Below are positions 49,641 to 59,792 of a stretch of DNA of 64,000 nucleotides, in pieces. Under the pieces are notes generated by a model that did no database searches, had not been told where the DNA came from, and saw only the letters and a program-made list of their open reading frames with translations. Origin of the DNA: Rhizobiaceae bacterium (GTDB lineage Bacteria; Pseudomonadota; Alphaproteobacteria; Rhizobiales; Rhizobiaceae); the NCBI GenBank assembly GCA_040880025.1, contig JBBDJD010000007.1, forward strand, positions 64,035 through 128,034, read 5' to 3'. The stretch's first letter is position 1; every line of letters begins with the position of its first letter. Made by a program: the position numbers and the translations under genes.

Positions 49641-50258
49641 CTAGCACAGGCCGGCCTGCTTGAGCACCCGGTAGGCCTGCAGCACGTCGCGGAAGCGTTC
49701 TTCCGAACTCCGGTCGCCGCCATTGGCGTCCGGATGGTGCTGTTTTACCAGTTCCTTATAGCGCGCCTTGATGTCTTCGCCAGTCGCCTTGTGGCTGAGG
49801 CCCAGCGTTTCCATGGCCTTGGCCTCAAGCGTCTTGAGCTTGCGCTCGCGCGGCTGGGCGCGGCCTCGATTGCCGGTGAACAGGCCGAACGGATCGCCGA
49901 CGCGGCCGTGGTAGGCGGCACTTCCCGAACGCGCGGTGGAGAAGTCGGGCGTGTAATGCGCCTGGCCGCCCGAACCCATCTTCCAGGTCGGTCGGTGGCC
50001 GGTCAGCGCCTCTCTCTGGAAACGGGCGACGTCGTCATTGGCCAATCCGGAGAAGTAGTTGAAATTCTTGTTGTATTCGCGGACGTGATTGAAGCAGAAG
50101 TGAAAGTACTCGCCCTCGCGCATGCGCCCCACCGGCGCGCGATGGGTGCCGGCCTCCGCGCAACCGTCCCACTGGCACTGCGGCGCGGCCGAGCGCGCCT
50201 TCGCCTCGGGATCGGGGCGGATGCGGATCTTCTCGAAATATTTCGAATAGGGCTTCAT
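49641..50258 (-). CDS. DnaJ-domain protein
   Basis: CQWDGC...FC..HVREYN N-terminus; C-terminal J domain with HPD. Confidence 0.92.
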   Translation of the reverse strand: MKPYSKYFEKIRIRPDPEAKARSAAPQCQWDGCAEAGTHRAPVGRMREGEYFHFCFNHVREYNKNFNYFSGLANDDVARFQREALTGHRPTWKMGSGGQAHYTPDFSTARSGSAAYHGRVGDPFGLFTGNRGRAQPRERKLKTLEAKAMETLGLSHKATGEDIKARYKELVKQHHPDANGGDRSSEERFRDVLQAYRVLKQAGLC

Positions 50259-50396
50259 GCGGCCTGCCTTGGACTCAGGTCGATTATGGGTGCTTATGCC
50301 TGCGATACAAGAATTGACATTCGGGCAATGATAGCCCTAACGCCTGAATCGCACGTGAATGGGAAAACAGGCGCAATATGGTGCGCGGAGGCCGAT

Positions 50397-50699
50397 ATGT
50401 CCATCTCGACGGCGATCGAAAAGAAGCTGACGGAGGCGCTGAAGCCGGAGCGGCTGGCGGTGGTCAACGAAAGCCACCTGCATGCCGGGCATCATCACGT
50501 CGAATCAAGCCATCATGCGACCTTCGACGGTGGCGGCGAGACGCATTTCCGCATCCGCGTCGTTTCACCCGTGTTCGAGGGCATGAGCCGCATCGAGCGG
50601 CACCGCAGGGTGAACGAGCTTTTGGCGGAGGAACTTGCCGCGGGCGTGCACGCGCTGGCCATCGAACCGGCGGCGCCGGGCGAACCGACGCGCTGGTAG
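50397..50699 (+). CDS. bolA: BolA family protein
   Basis: NESHLHAGH, ETHFRI, RIERHR, VHALAI. Confidence 0.95.
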   Translation: MSISTAIEKKLTEALKPERLAVVNESHLHAGHHHVESSHHATFDGGGETHFRIRVVSPVFEGMSRIERHRRVNELLAEELAAGVHALAIEPAAPGEPTRW

Positions 50700-50702
50700 G
50701 GT

Positions 50703-51005
50703 TCAGCGCTTCAGCAGATCGTCCCATTCGGGGCTGTGGCGGGTGAATTCATCGGCCACGAACCAGCAGGTCGGCGTGATTTGATCGCCATTGGCGCGGG
50801 CATCCGCAATCAGGCGCTCGACCATCCGCTCGGCAACGCCCTGCTCGCGGAATGGTACGGGCACGAAGGTTGAAGCGGCGATGATGTGACCGGGTCCTGC
50901 GCGCATGGTTGTCAGCCGGGATTCAGTGCCGTCCGGCATCTCGACCGAATATTTCCCGCGCGGGCCGTCCTGCTCGAAACGGATGTCCAGTGGGTCGACT
51001 GTCAT
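50703..51005 (-). CDS. Small GNAT acetyltransferase (YjdJ-like), copy 2
   Basis: TFVPVPFREQGVA...PTCWFV. Confidence 0.8.
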   Translation of the reverse strand: MTVDPLDIRFEQDGPRGKYSVEMPDGTESRLTTMRAGPGHIIAASTFVPVPFREQGVAERMVERLIADARANGDQITPTCWFVADEFTRHSPEWDDLLKR

Positions 51006-51061
51006 CTCTATCTCCTTCGCATCCGATGTAGGCAGCGCCGTTATCCGAAGAATGTGCGTGA

Positions 51062-51370
51062 TCAGGACTTCGGATGTCCGCTCAGAACATCCTGCCACTC
51101 TGTGTGGCGGCGGAACTGGGCGGCGGCGAAGGGGCAAAGCGGCATGATCTTCTTGCCCGATTTGCGGGCGTCGTCGACGGCGCGCGCGACGAGCCTGGCT
51201 CCGACGCCCTGGCCGCGAAAGACATCCGGGACCTCGGTATGGTCGATGATGACCAGATGCTCGCCGGCCTTGGAGAAGGTCATCTCGGCTGCGGCGCCAT
51301 TCGGGCCGCGATGCAGGTAGCGTCCCTTCGAGCCGGTTTCTTCCAGTTCGATCGTAAATTCCTCGCTCAT
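51062..51370 (-). CDS. Small GNAT acetyltransferase (YjdJ-like), copy 1
   Basis: IDHTEVPDVFRGQGVG...PLCPFA. Confidence 0.88.
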   Translation of the reverse strand: MSEEFTIELEETGSKGRYLHRGPNGAAAEMTFSKAGEHLVIIDHTEVPDVFRGQGVGARLVARAVDDARKSGKKIMPLCPFAAAQFRRHTEWQDVLSGHPKS

Positions 51371-51999
51371 GTCGTCTGCTCCGCCGTGTTGGAGGCATAG
51401 GTCGAAAGCAACGTCCGCGCGCTGTCGATCTCGCCCTTGCGTATCTCGTGTCCGCCAGAATGCCATTCAAGGCCGACCGGCGCGCCGGCGGCGCGCAGCG
51501 AAGCTTCCAGGCGCGACGTCAGCTCCGGGGGGCAGATCGGGTCGGCGCGGCCGGCCGTGATCAGCACCCTGGTCTCTAGACCGCCTTCGATCTTCGGCGT
51601 GAACGGAATCAGCGGATGCATCAGCACCGCTGCGTCGAACAGGCCGGGATTGGCGAACATTGCCGAGGCGAGAATATTGGCGCCGTTGGAATAGCCGAGG
51701 CCGAGCACGGAGGAGGGCTTCGCGGCCTCGACATGGGCATGGACGAAAGCGGCCATCTTCCCGGTCGCGCGAGCAAGATCGTCCATGTCGTAGACGCCCT
51801 CGGCGGCGCGGCGGAAATAGCGCGCGGCACCATGCTCGGAAACGTCGCCGCGCGGGGCAACGAGGCCGGCGCCGGGCAACAGCGCCTGGCCGAGGTCCCA
51901 GAACTGATTCTCGTCGCCGCCGGTGCCGTGAAACAGGAACAACAAAGGCTTGTCCGGGCCGTTGTCGAACCGATGGTGAACATAGGCATCCATGGTCAT
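51367..51999 (-). CDS. Alpha/beta hydrolase (MhqD/YodD-like carboxylesterase)
   Basis: FHGTGGDE, GYSNGANI, GGHE. Confidence 0.88.
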   Translation of the reverse strand: MTMDAYVHHRFDNGPDKPLLFLFHGTGGDENQFWDLGQALLPGAGLVAPRGDVSEHGAARYFRRAAEGVYDMDDLARATGKMAAFVHAHVEAAKPSSVLGLGYSNGANILASAMFANPGLFDAAVLMHPLIPFTPKIEGGLETRVLITAGRADPICPPELTSRLEASLRAAGAPVGLEWHSGGHEIRKGEIDSARTLLSTYASNTAEQTT

Positions 52000-52009
52000 G
52001 GCAGGCCTC

Positions 52010-52942
52010 CTAGCCGTCGATCGGCTGGAGATATTCCTCCAGCCGCGCCCGCAAATGCTCGTGTTGCTTCGGCAGCCGAAGCTCCTCGCCCAAATGCTCC
52101 AGCGGTTCGTCACGCGCAAAGCCCGGTTCATTGGTTGCGACTTCGAACAGGACGCCGCCCGGCGTGCGGAAGTAGATCGAGAAGAAGTAGTCCCGGTCGA
52201 TGACCGGCGTCACCACGTAGCCGGTATCGACGAGCGCCTGACGGACCGCGAGTTGTTCAGCGCGATCTGCCACGGCGAAAGCGATGTGGTGAACCGAGCC
52301 CGCGCCCTGACGCGCCGGATTGACGAGCGGCAGACTTTCTATCTCGACGAAATCGGCGCCGTTGCCGTCCGGAATAGCAAGCCTGCGAATATTGTCTGCC
52401 GCCTCAATCTCCTGATAGCCCATGAAGCGCAGCAATTCCGCCGTCTGGCCGCCGTCGCGCAAGCGCAGGGAGACATTGCGGAAGCCGCGTATGGCCGCGT
52501 CGCCCGGTACTCCGCCCTCGACCCAGATCGGGCGATCGTCGCCATCGACCTCGACCAGCGCGAAGCCGTCGCCGTCCGGCCCGTCAAAGGCAAGGCGCTT
52601 CTCTCCAAACGCTTCGCCGGCCTGCAGGCCGGTCACACCCTTGGCCGCCAGATGTTTCTCCCACCATGGGATTGCGCCTTTCGGCACTGAAAACATGGTG
52701 GTTCCGACCTCGCCGGTGCCGGGTTGGCCGCGCGCGATATTGGGAAAGGGAAAATATGTCATCACCGAGCCCGGCGTGCCGAACTCGTCCGCATAGTACA
52801 GGTGATAGACGTCGGGCGCGTCGAAATTGACCGTCTTCTTGACCCGGCGAAGGCCGAGCGTGCCGGTGAAGAATGCGTTGTTTTGCGCCGCGTCCCGCGC
52901 CATCGAGGTGACGTGGTGCAGGCCCGTGATCTGGTTTAGCAT
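52010..52942 (-). CDS. Ring-cleaving dioxygenase/glyoxalase (MhqO-like VOC)
   Basis: GLHHVT, KKTVNFD, VHHIAF, DRDYF.SIYF..PGGVLFEVAT. Confidence 0.92.
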   Translation of the reverse strand: MLNQITGLHHVTSMARDAAQNNAFFTGTLGLRRVKKTVNFDAPDVYHLYYADEFGTPGSVMTYFPFPNIARGQPGTGEVGTTMFSVPKGAIPWWEKHLAAKGVTGLQAGEAFGEKRLAFDGPDGDGFALVEVDGDDRPIWVEGGVPGDAAIRGFRNVSLRLRDGGQTAELLRFMGYQEIEAADNIRRLAIPDGNGADFVEIESLPLVNPARQGAGSVHHIAFAVADRAEQLAVRQALVDTGYVVTPVIDRDYFFSIYFRTPGGVLFEVATNEPGFARDEPLEHLGEELRLPKQHEHLRARLEEYLQPIDG

Positions 52943-53094
52943 GAAACCGGTTCCTGTCGTTCGGCCGCTATTATCCGCGCCGTTCGGTCCTCATGTGGGA
53001 CGACGCGCCTGCCAGCGAAACAGGGCGAACAGACGATGGACCGTTGCCGATTGTTGAACAACCGATGGCGGCCGTTCACCTCTGCTGCGCATGC

Positions 53095-53541
53095 TCAGGC
53101 GCCGTCGCCGTTTTCATCGCGATCGGAACCCGCGTTTTCGCGATAGATGGCGTAGCCGACGGCGGCCAGCGCCGACGCGACCAGACCAGCCGTTGCTCCA
53201 CGTTTGGTTAGCAGGGCGGGCAGCATCGCCAGCCCGATAGGCACTGCCAGGGCGATCGCCTCGCTGGACATGCGCGCCCTGGCGCGGCGCGCGCGGGCCC
53301 GAGCGCTGATGCGATGATAAACGAACAACACAATCGCCAGCACCAGAAATCCGGCGGCGAATGCGACTGCGGCCGTCAGCCCATCATAGACGCGGGAAGC
53401 GTAAATATAGGCCGCGAGCAGCAGAAAGACGAAGCCAATTAGCGCGGCGGCGGCGGCAATGATGTATTCGACCGCGCTACGCCGGGCGCGCCGGGCGGCG
53501 GCGGACGCCTCGCCCGAAATAATGGACAGGATCAGATTCAT
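53095..53541 (-). CDS. Membrane hypothetical protein (YqjE/phage-holin-like)
   Basis: Multiple TMs; typical partner downstream of DUF883. Confidence 0.6.
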   Translation of the reverse strand: MNLILSIISGEASAAARRARRSAVEYIIAAAAALIGFVFLLLAAYIYASRVYDGLTAAVAFAAGFLVLAIVLFVYHRISARARARRARARMSSEAIALAVPIGLAMLPALLTKRGATAGLVASALAAVGYAIYRENAGSDRDENGDGA

Positions 53542-53564
53542 AGCCGCCCCTCTTGGATTTCGGA

Positions 53565-53891
53565 TCAGCGGCGCGTGAGAAGGGCGAAGAAGAACCCGAC
53601 GCCCGCAGCGATTGCCAGAGAGGTTATCGGTTTTTCGCGTACTGCGTGGGTGAATTGCTTTTCATAGTCGAGTGCACTTTCGCGCAAATCGTCGAACGCG
53701 GCCTCGCCCTGCGCACGGAACTCCTCCGCCTTGTTCGTCGCCGCCTTGCGGGCGGTGCGGGCCGACATGTCACCCACTTCCGATACATGCTTGGCGAGAT
53801 CGGCCAGCTCTTTCCGGAGCTTGGCGATTTCGGCCTGCAGTTGCTCGGTATCGGTTTTTGGACCTGTTTTCGTGCCGGTGGATGCAGCCAT
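53565..53891 (-). CDS. DUF883 (ElaB/YqjD) tail-anchored protein
   Basis: Coiled N-terminus; VREKPITSLAIAAGVGFFFALLTRR tail. Confidence 0.85.
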   Translation of the reverse strand: MAASTGTKTGPKTDTEQLQAEIAKLRKELADLAKHVSEVGDMSARTARKAATNKAEEFRAQGEAAFDDLRESALDYEKQFTHAVREKPITSLAIAAGVGFFFALLTRR

Positions 53892-54126
53892 TGATAACTC
53901 CCTTGGCGCGAGCGCGCCGTGTCTTGGTTGGCGGGGACGATGCCCCTGCTATTGCGGGCCGAAGCCCATTTTTCGCGCCTTCAGTGTCAAGGCTTCCGAC
54001 CGATCGGCGTGCATGAAAAGGGCTTTTCGGGTGCGAGTCCAGCCGGAAACCGCCTTCACCACCAACGCCCGGGAGTCGGATTTGACCCAAATCCGGCTCG
54101 GCGAATGGTTTCGGCGCTGTTAGATG

Positions 54127-54152
54127 AATGCTAACCAAGCCCGACAGGTTCC
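54127..54152 (-). promoter_or_regulatory. EcfG/RpoE2-type promoter facing DUF883
   Basis: GGAAC-N17-CATT on the minus strand. Confidence 0.55.
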
Positions 54153-54222
54153 ATTGCGAGGCGTATTCGTTTTCCATTGGCGCCCAATATCCGCCGCGTT
54201 CGGGTGATGAACGTCGTTTCGT

Positions 54223-54248
54223 GGAACCGAACGGCACCGCTGTGCGTT
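54223..54248 (+). promoter_or_regulatory. EcfG/RpoE2-type promoter of the lipoprotein gene
   Basis: GGAAC-N17-CGTT. Confidence 0.7.
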
Positions 54249-54318
54249 TATTGAGTTGTGCTCGCGCGTCAGCTTTGCCGTCGCGGGGTTTTGGAAATTT
54301 TCAACTGGAGGTTAATCG

Positions 54319-54582
54319 ATGAAAAAGACACTTCTTGCGCTTGCCGCGGTCGTCATGCTGGCGGGCTGCACCACGGCCGAACGTTCGGCGACGATTGGCG
54401 CAGCCGCAGGCGGAGCGATCGGCGCGGCGACTTCCGGCACGATCGGCGGCGCGGCCATTGGCGCCTTCATCGGCGGCGCGGGCGGCTATCTGCTCGGACG
54501 GGCCGCGGATCGCGGTGACGGATGGTGCGAATACCGCGACAGCAGAGGCAGGATTTTCTACGATCGCTGCCCCGGCTACTGA
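54319..54582 (+). CDS. Glycine-zipper lipoprotein
   Basis: Lipobox LAGC; GAAAGGAIGA repeats. Confidence 0.85.
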   Translation: MKKTLLALAAVVMLAGCTTAERSATIGAAAGGAIGAATSGTIGGAAIGAFIGGAGGYLLGRAADRGDGWCEYRDSRGRIFYDRCPGY

Positions 54583-54607
54583 CCGGCACAGCCTGTCGCA
54601 AGGCAAT

Positions 54608-54635
54608 GGGAGGAGCCATCGGCTCCTCCCTTTTT
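54608..54635 (+). terminator. Intrinsic terminator
   Basis: gggaggagcc-atc-ggctcctccc-TTTTT. Confidence 0.85.
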
Positions 54636-54872
54636 GTTTGGGATTATGACGCGGATTGATCTCCGGCTTCTCCACGGTGCGCCCGCAGGCCGTCATCCGC
54701 ATGGCGCCAGGTCCGGGAATCGCACCAGGCGGGCTACCGAATACGAGATTTTTTCGGAACCCGAAATAAAATGACTCAGCCCTTCAACCCTGTCAGTATA
54801 TTTGCCGTTACTGATGAGGACAGGGCATCTGTAAAGAGGGCCTAATGGAGTAACGCGGGAGGAACGGGGAAA

Positions 54873-56120
54873 ATGACGGTCGGAGTCCGTCACGACGATC
54901 TGAGACGGCGCAACCGCGCTCTCGTGCTGAGCGCACTGCGCGCCGCCGAGCAGCACTCGCGCACCGCGATCGCGGGCCTGACGGGCCTCAGCAATTCCAC
55001 CATCTCCGCCATAACCTCCAGCATGATCGAGGAAGGCGTTCTCGTCGAATTGAAGGGCGGGGAAAACGGGCTGGCGCGGCGCGGCCGTCCGCAAGTCGCG
55101 CTTGCTCTCAATCCGGAACTTGCCTCGGTCGTCGCGGTCGTGCTGACGCTCAATCATCTGTCGGCAACCATCATCGACTATGCGGGCAATGTGGTGGACG
55201 ATGAGATCGAGCGCCTCTCGACGCAAGCCATGGACCGTGAAGCGCTGATTGGCGCGGTTATCGGCTGCGTGCGCAGGGTCGTCGACCGGCAGCGAGAGAA
55301 AGGCCGTCGCCCGTCGCGCATCGCGCTTGCGGTGCAGGGCATTACAAGCTCCGATTCTTCATCCATGCTTTGGTCGCCGATCACGCCGCAACAGAATACG
55401 CCGTTTGCTCCGGCACTGGCGGCGGCGTTCGGCATACCCGCCACCGTCGAGAACGACTGCAACATGATCGCGGTGGCGCTCAAATGGCGCGACCCAAAGC
55501 GCTATCGCGACGATTTCTTCGCGGTGATGCTGTCGGATGGCATCGGCATGGGGCTGATGACCAAGGGCCAGCTGTTTTCGGGGACACATTCCTCAGGCGG
55601 CGAGTTCGGCCACATGATCCACATACCCGACGGCGCGCTGTGTCGGTGCGGGAGGCGCGGCTGCATCGAGGCTTACGCCGGCAACTACGCGCTCATGCGC
55701 AACGCCAGCGGCGGCACCGAGGATGATCGGCCGGCGGCCGATTTCAGTCAGGCCGAAATCCAGAAACTTGCGGATGCCGCGCGCGCGGCCGGCGGCCCGG
55801 AACGCGCTGCCTTCGTGAAGGCGGGCCGCGCGATCGGTTTCGGGCTGGGATCGCTGTTCGCCTTGTTCGACCCGGCGCCAGTGGCCATTGTCGGGCCGGG
55901 CGCGCTTGCTTTCGATATACTGGAAGAGCCGATCCGCGACGCTATCGCGCGCACGGCCGGCGGCCAGCACAGTGGCGCGATATCATTCGAGGCCGAGCCG
56001 AACGAGATGCCGCTGATAAGGCAGGGCAGCGCGATGACCGCGTTGACGCGGGTGGATGCCGAGATCGTCGCACCGGGACCGGTCACGGAGCAGGTGCTCA
56101 AGGGACGCAAGGTCGCTTAG
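54873..56120 (+). CDS. ROK family transcriptional regulator
   Basis: N-terminal wHTH; ENDCN, GIGMG, GEFGH, CRCGRRGCIE. Confidence 0.92.
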   Translation: MTVGVRHDDLRRRNRALVLSALRAAEQHSRTAIAGLTGLSNSTISAITSSMIEEGVLVELKGGENGLARRGRPQVALALNPELASVVAVVLTLNHLSATIIDYAGNVVDDEIERLSTQAMDREALIGAVIGCVRRVVDRQREKGRRPSRIALAVQGITSSDSSSMLWSPITPQQNTPFAPALAAAFGIPATVENDCNMIAVALKWRDPKRYRDDFFAVMLSDGIGMGLMTKGQLFSGTHSSGGEFGHMIHIPDGALCRCGRRGCIEAYAGNYALMRNASGGTEDDRPAADFSQAEIQKLADAARAAGGPERAAFVKAGRAIGFGLGSLFALFDPAPVAIVGPGALAFDILEEPIRDAIARTAGGQHSGAISFEAEPNEMPLIRQGSAMTALTRVDAEIVAPGPVTEQVLKGRKVA

Positions 56121-56166
56121 AGCCTTTCACGGCCAGATCGAATCGTTCCGCCGGAGCCAGATCGCG

Positions 56167-56856
56167 TCAGGCTTCATTGATGGCGTAGCCGGCGCCGCGC
56201 ACGGTGCGGATCACGTCGGGCATGCGGCCATTGTTGACCGCCTTGCGCAGCCTGCCGACATGGACGTCGACCGTGCGCTCGTCGATATAGATCGTCTCGC
56301 CCCAGACATTGTCGAGAAGCTGTGTGCGCGAGAAAACACGGCCTGGATGCCGCATCATGAATTCGAGCAGGCGGAATTCGGTTGGCCCCAGCCTGATCTC
56401 GCTCTTGCGGCGATAGACGCGGTGAGCTTCGCGGTCGAGCATGATGTCGCCGACCTTGAGCACGCTGGACAGAACTTCGGGCTTGGCGCGGCGCAGGAGG
56501 GCCCGCACGCGGGCCATGAATTCGGGCGTGGAGAAGGGTTTGACGAGGTAGTCGTCAGCGCCGGTCGCGAGACCGCGCACGCGGTCGCTTTCTTCTCCGC
56601 GCGCGGTCAGCATGATGATCGGCAGACGCTCGGTTTCGGGCCGCATGCGCAGACGGCGGCAAAGCTCGATGCCGGAGATCGCCGGCACCATCCAGTCCAG
56701 CACCAGCAGATCGGGAGTGCTCTCCTGCAGCCTCAGCTCGGCCTCATCACCGCGATTGACGATCTCGACCTGATAGCCTTCAGCTTCCAGGTTGTATTTG
56801 AGAAGCACGCATAGCGGCTCCTCGTCCTCGACCACCATGACCTTCGGTGCAATCAT
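56167..56856 (-). CDS. phoB: Phosphate regulon response regulator
   Basis: VVEDE, LDWM, KPFS, RTVDVHVGRLRK, TVRGAGY. Confidence 0.97.
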   Translation of the reverse strand: MIAPKVMVVEDEEPLCVLLKYNLEAEGYQVEIVNRGDEAELRLQESTPDLLVLDWMVPAISGIELCRRLRMRPETERLPIIMLTARGEESDRVRGLATGADDYLVKPFSTPEFMARVRALLRRAKPEVLSSVLKVGDIMLDREAHRVYRRKSEIRLGPTEFRLLEFMMRHPGRVFSRTQLLDNVWGETIYIDERTVDVHVGRLRKAVNNGRMPDVIRTVRGAGYAINEA

Positions 56857-56891
56857 TCGCGCTTCCAATCCGTCCAGTCGCCAGGGCGCCG

Positions 56892-57605
56892 TCATTCCGC
56901 CAGCGCGGACATCGCGGTTTCATCCTGCTTTGGACGCTGTGCCGGCAGCTGCTCGCCGGTGATCGTATAATAGGCGTTTTCGGCGATGTTGGTCACGTGG
57001 TCGCCGATACGCTCCAGGTTCTTGGCGCAGAACAGGAGATGGGTGCAGGCTGTGATGTTGCGCGGGTCTTCCATCATATAGGTCAGCAATTCACGGAATA
57101 CGGCCGTGTATTTGATGTCGACCTTCTCGTCGCGGGCGCGCAAGTCACGCAAGCTGTCCGCATCGCGCGCGACATAGGCATCGATAACGCCCGTCACCTG
57201 AAGCAACACCATTTCCGCCATGGATTCGATGGAGAGCGACAGCGTTTTCTGGGTCGGGGTCGGCACGACCGCACCGACGCGCTTGGCGATGTTCTTGGCG
57301 AGATCGCCGATGCGTTCCAGGTCGGCGGCCATGCGGATGGCGCCCACGACGCTGCGCAAATCCTGCGCCATGGGTTGCCGCTTGGCGATCAGCGTGATCG
57401 CGCTCTCGTCGAGGTCGCGCTGGCGGGCGTCCATGACGGAATCGTCGGAAATGATGCGCTGAGCCAGCGCGTTGTCGGAGGTGACCAGTGCTCGCGTAGC
57501 ATCCTGAACCATTGTCCCGGCAAGATCGCCCATGTCGCGGATCAGGCGGTCGATATGTTCCAGTTCCTCGTCAAAGGAGGTGACGGTGTGCTCGCCCATG
57601 ATCAT
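56892..57605 (-). CDS. phoU: Phosphate signalling protein
   Basis: EHTV..F, RQPMA.DLR, LERIGDLAKNI, LERIGDHVTNIAE. Confidence 0.97.
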   Translation of the reverse strand: MIMGEHTVTSFDEELEHIDRLIRDMGDLAGTMVQDATRALVTSDNALAQRIISDDSVMDARQRDLDESAITLIAKRQPMAQDLRSVVGAIRMAADLERIGDLAKNIAKRVGAVVPTPTQKTLSLSIESMAEMVLLQVTGVIDAYVARDADSLRDLRARDEKVDIKYTAVFRELLTYMMEDPRNITACTHLLFCAKNLERIGDHVTNIAENAYYTITGEQLPAQRPKQDETAMSALAE

Positions 57606-57623
57606 GTCCTCGTATGGTCTCGG

Positions 57624-58466
<843 letters not shown>

Positions 58467-58478
58467 CCTTCTTACTCC

Positions 58479-59792
58479 CTACCAGCGCCGCTCGAAACGC
58501 TGGCGCAGGAAGATGGCTATGGTGTTCATTGAAACAAGGAAGGCAAGCAATACGAGGATTGCCGCGGAGGTTCGGGCGACAAAGCCGCGCTCGGGACTGT
58601 CCGCCCAGATATAGATCTGTGTCGGGAGCGCCGTGGATGCTTCGAAGATGCCATCGGGCGGGCTGGTTATGAAGGCGTTCATGCCGATCAGCAGCAGCGG
58701 CGCCGTCTCGCCGAGCGCTTGGGCAAGGCCGATGATCGTGCCGGTCATGATCGACGGCATCGACAGCGGCAGTATATGGTGGAAAACCGCTTCGTGCTTG
58801 GAGGCGCCGATACCCAGCGCCGCCTCGCGGATGGATGACGGCACTGAAGTGAGCGCCGCCCGGGTGACGATGATGATCGTGGGCAAGGTCATCAGCGCCA
58901 GGACCAGGCCGCCGACAAACGGCGCGGAACGCGGCAGGCCGAACCATCCGAGAAAGACGGCCAGGCCAAGCAGGCCAAACACGACCGATGGGACGGCGGC
59001 CAGATTGTTGATGTTGATCTCGATGAGGTCGGTGAAACGGTTCTTCGGCGCGAATTCCTCAAGATAGATGGCCGCCCCGATCCCGACCGGAAAGCTGATC
59101 AGGAAGCAGACGAGAAGCAGCCAGAATGAACCGGAAATAGCGCCGGCCAGGCCCGCGAGCTCGGGAAAGCGGCTGTCGGAGTTGAAAAACAGGCCCCAGT
59201 TAAAGGGCTGCGACACAGCACCCTTCGCCTTGAGCTGGTTGAACAGTTTGACCTGATTGTCATTCACCCGGCGCTGGTCCTCTGGCAGGTTGGTGTCGAC
59301 AAGACCCTTGGCCAGTTGATCGATCGGATCGGACATCGGGATGGTGAATGTTGCGCGCCCGTCCAGGATCGAGCGGTCGGCAATAATCCGGTCGCGGATC
59401 AGGTACGCCGCGGACGACGTGAACATCGAGAAGTAGTCCCGCTCCTCAGAACGCGACAGCTCGCCGACGTCGTCCTTGACCCCGTCGCGGAAGATGGTGC
59501 GCCAGTTGGACTCCATCAGATTGTTGCGATCAAGCTCGGCAGAGCTGAAATCAATGTCGATCGTGACCATCGACTGGGTGAAGGCGCGATAGCCGGTAAA
59601 GCTCAGCGTGCCGACCAGGATCATCAGAAAGCCGAGCGCAAAGCCAATCGCCACCATGCCGTAAAGGCGCAAACGACGGTCGGCCGCGTATCTGGCCTTG
59701 CGGCGCCTGGTCATCTCGTCGGACTTCCAGACGACAGGCAGTCGCGGCGAGGGCGGGGTTGCCGAGCTGCCGGCGATATCTGTCGCGGCCAT
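58479..59792 (-). CDS. pstA: Phosphate ABC permease
   Basis: ININNLAAVPSVVFG, ALGETAPL. Confidence 0.95.
   Translation of the reverse strand: MAATDIAGSSATPPSPRLPVVWKSDEMTRRRKARYAADRRLRLYGMVAIGFALGFLMILVGTLSFTGYRAFTQSMVTIDIDFSSAELDRNNLMESNWRTIFRDGVKDDVGELSRSEERDYFSMFTSSAAYLIRDRIIADRSILDGRATFTIPMSDPIDQLAKGLVDTNLPEDQRRVNDNQVKLFNQLKAKGAVSQPFNWGLFFNSDSRFPELAGLAGAISGSFWLLLVCFLISFPVGIGAAIYLEEFAPKNRFTDLIEININNLAAVPSVVFGLLGLAVFLGWFGLPRSAPFVGGLVLALMTLPTIIIVTRAALTSVPSSIREAALGIGASKHEAVFHHILPLSMPSIMTGTIIGLAQALGETAPLLLIGMNAFITSPPDGIFEASTALPTQIYIWADSPERGFVARTSAAILVLLAFLVSMNTIAIFLRQRFERRW

Noticed and set aside
45795-50699. 658-aa and 630-aa plus-strand ORFs opposite cobT, cobS and dnaJ
   Set aside because: Antisense shadows. 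Only the last 100 codons of 48807-50699 (bolA, from 50397) are a real gene.
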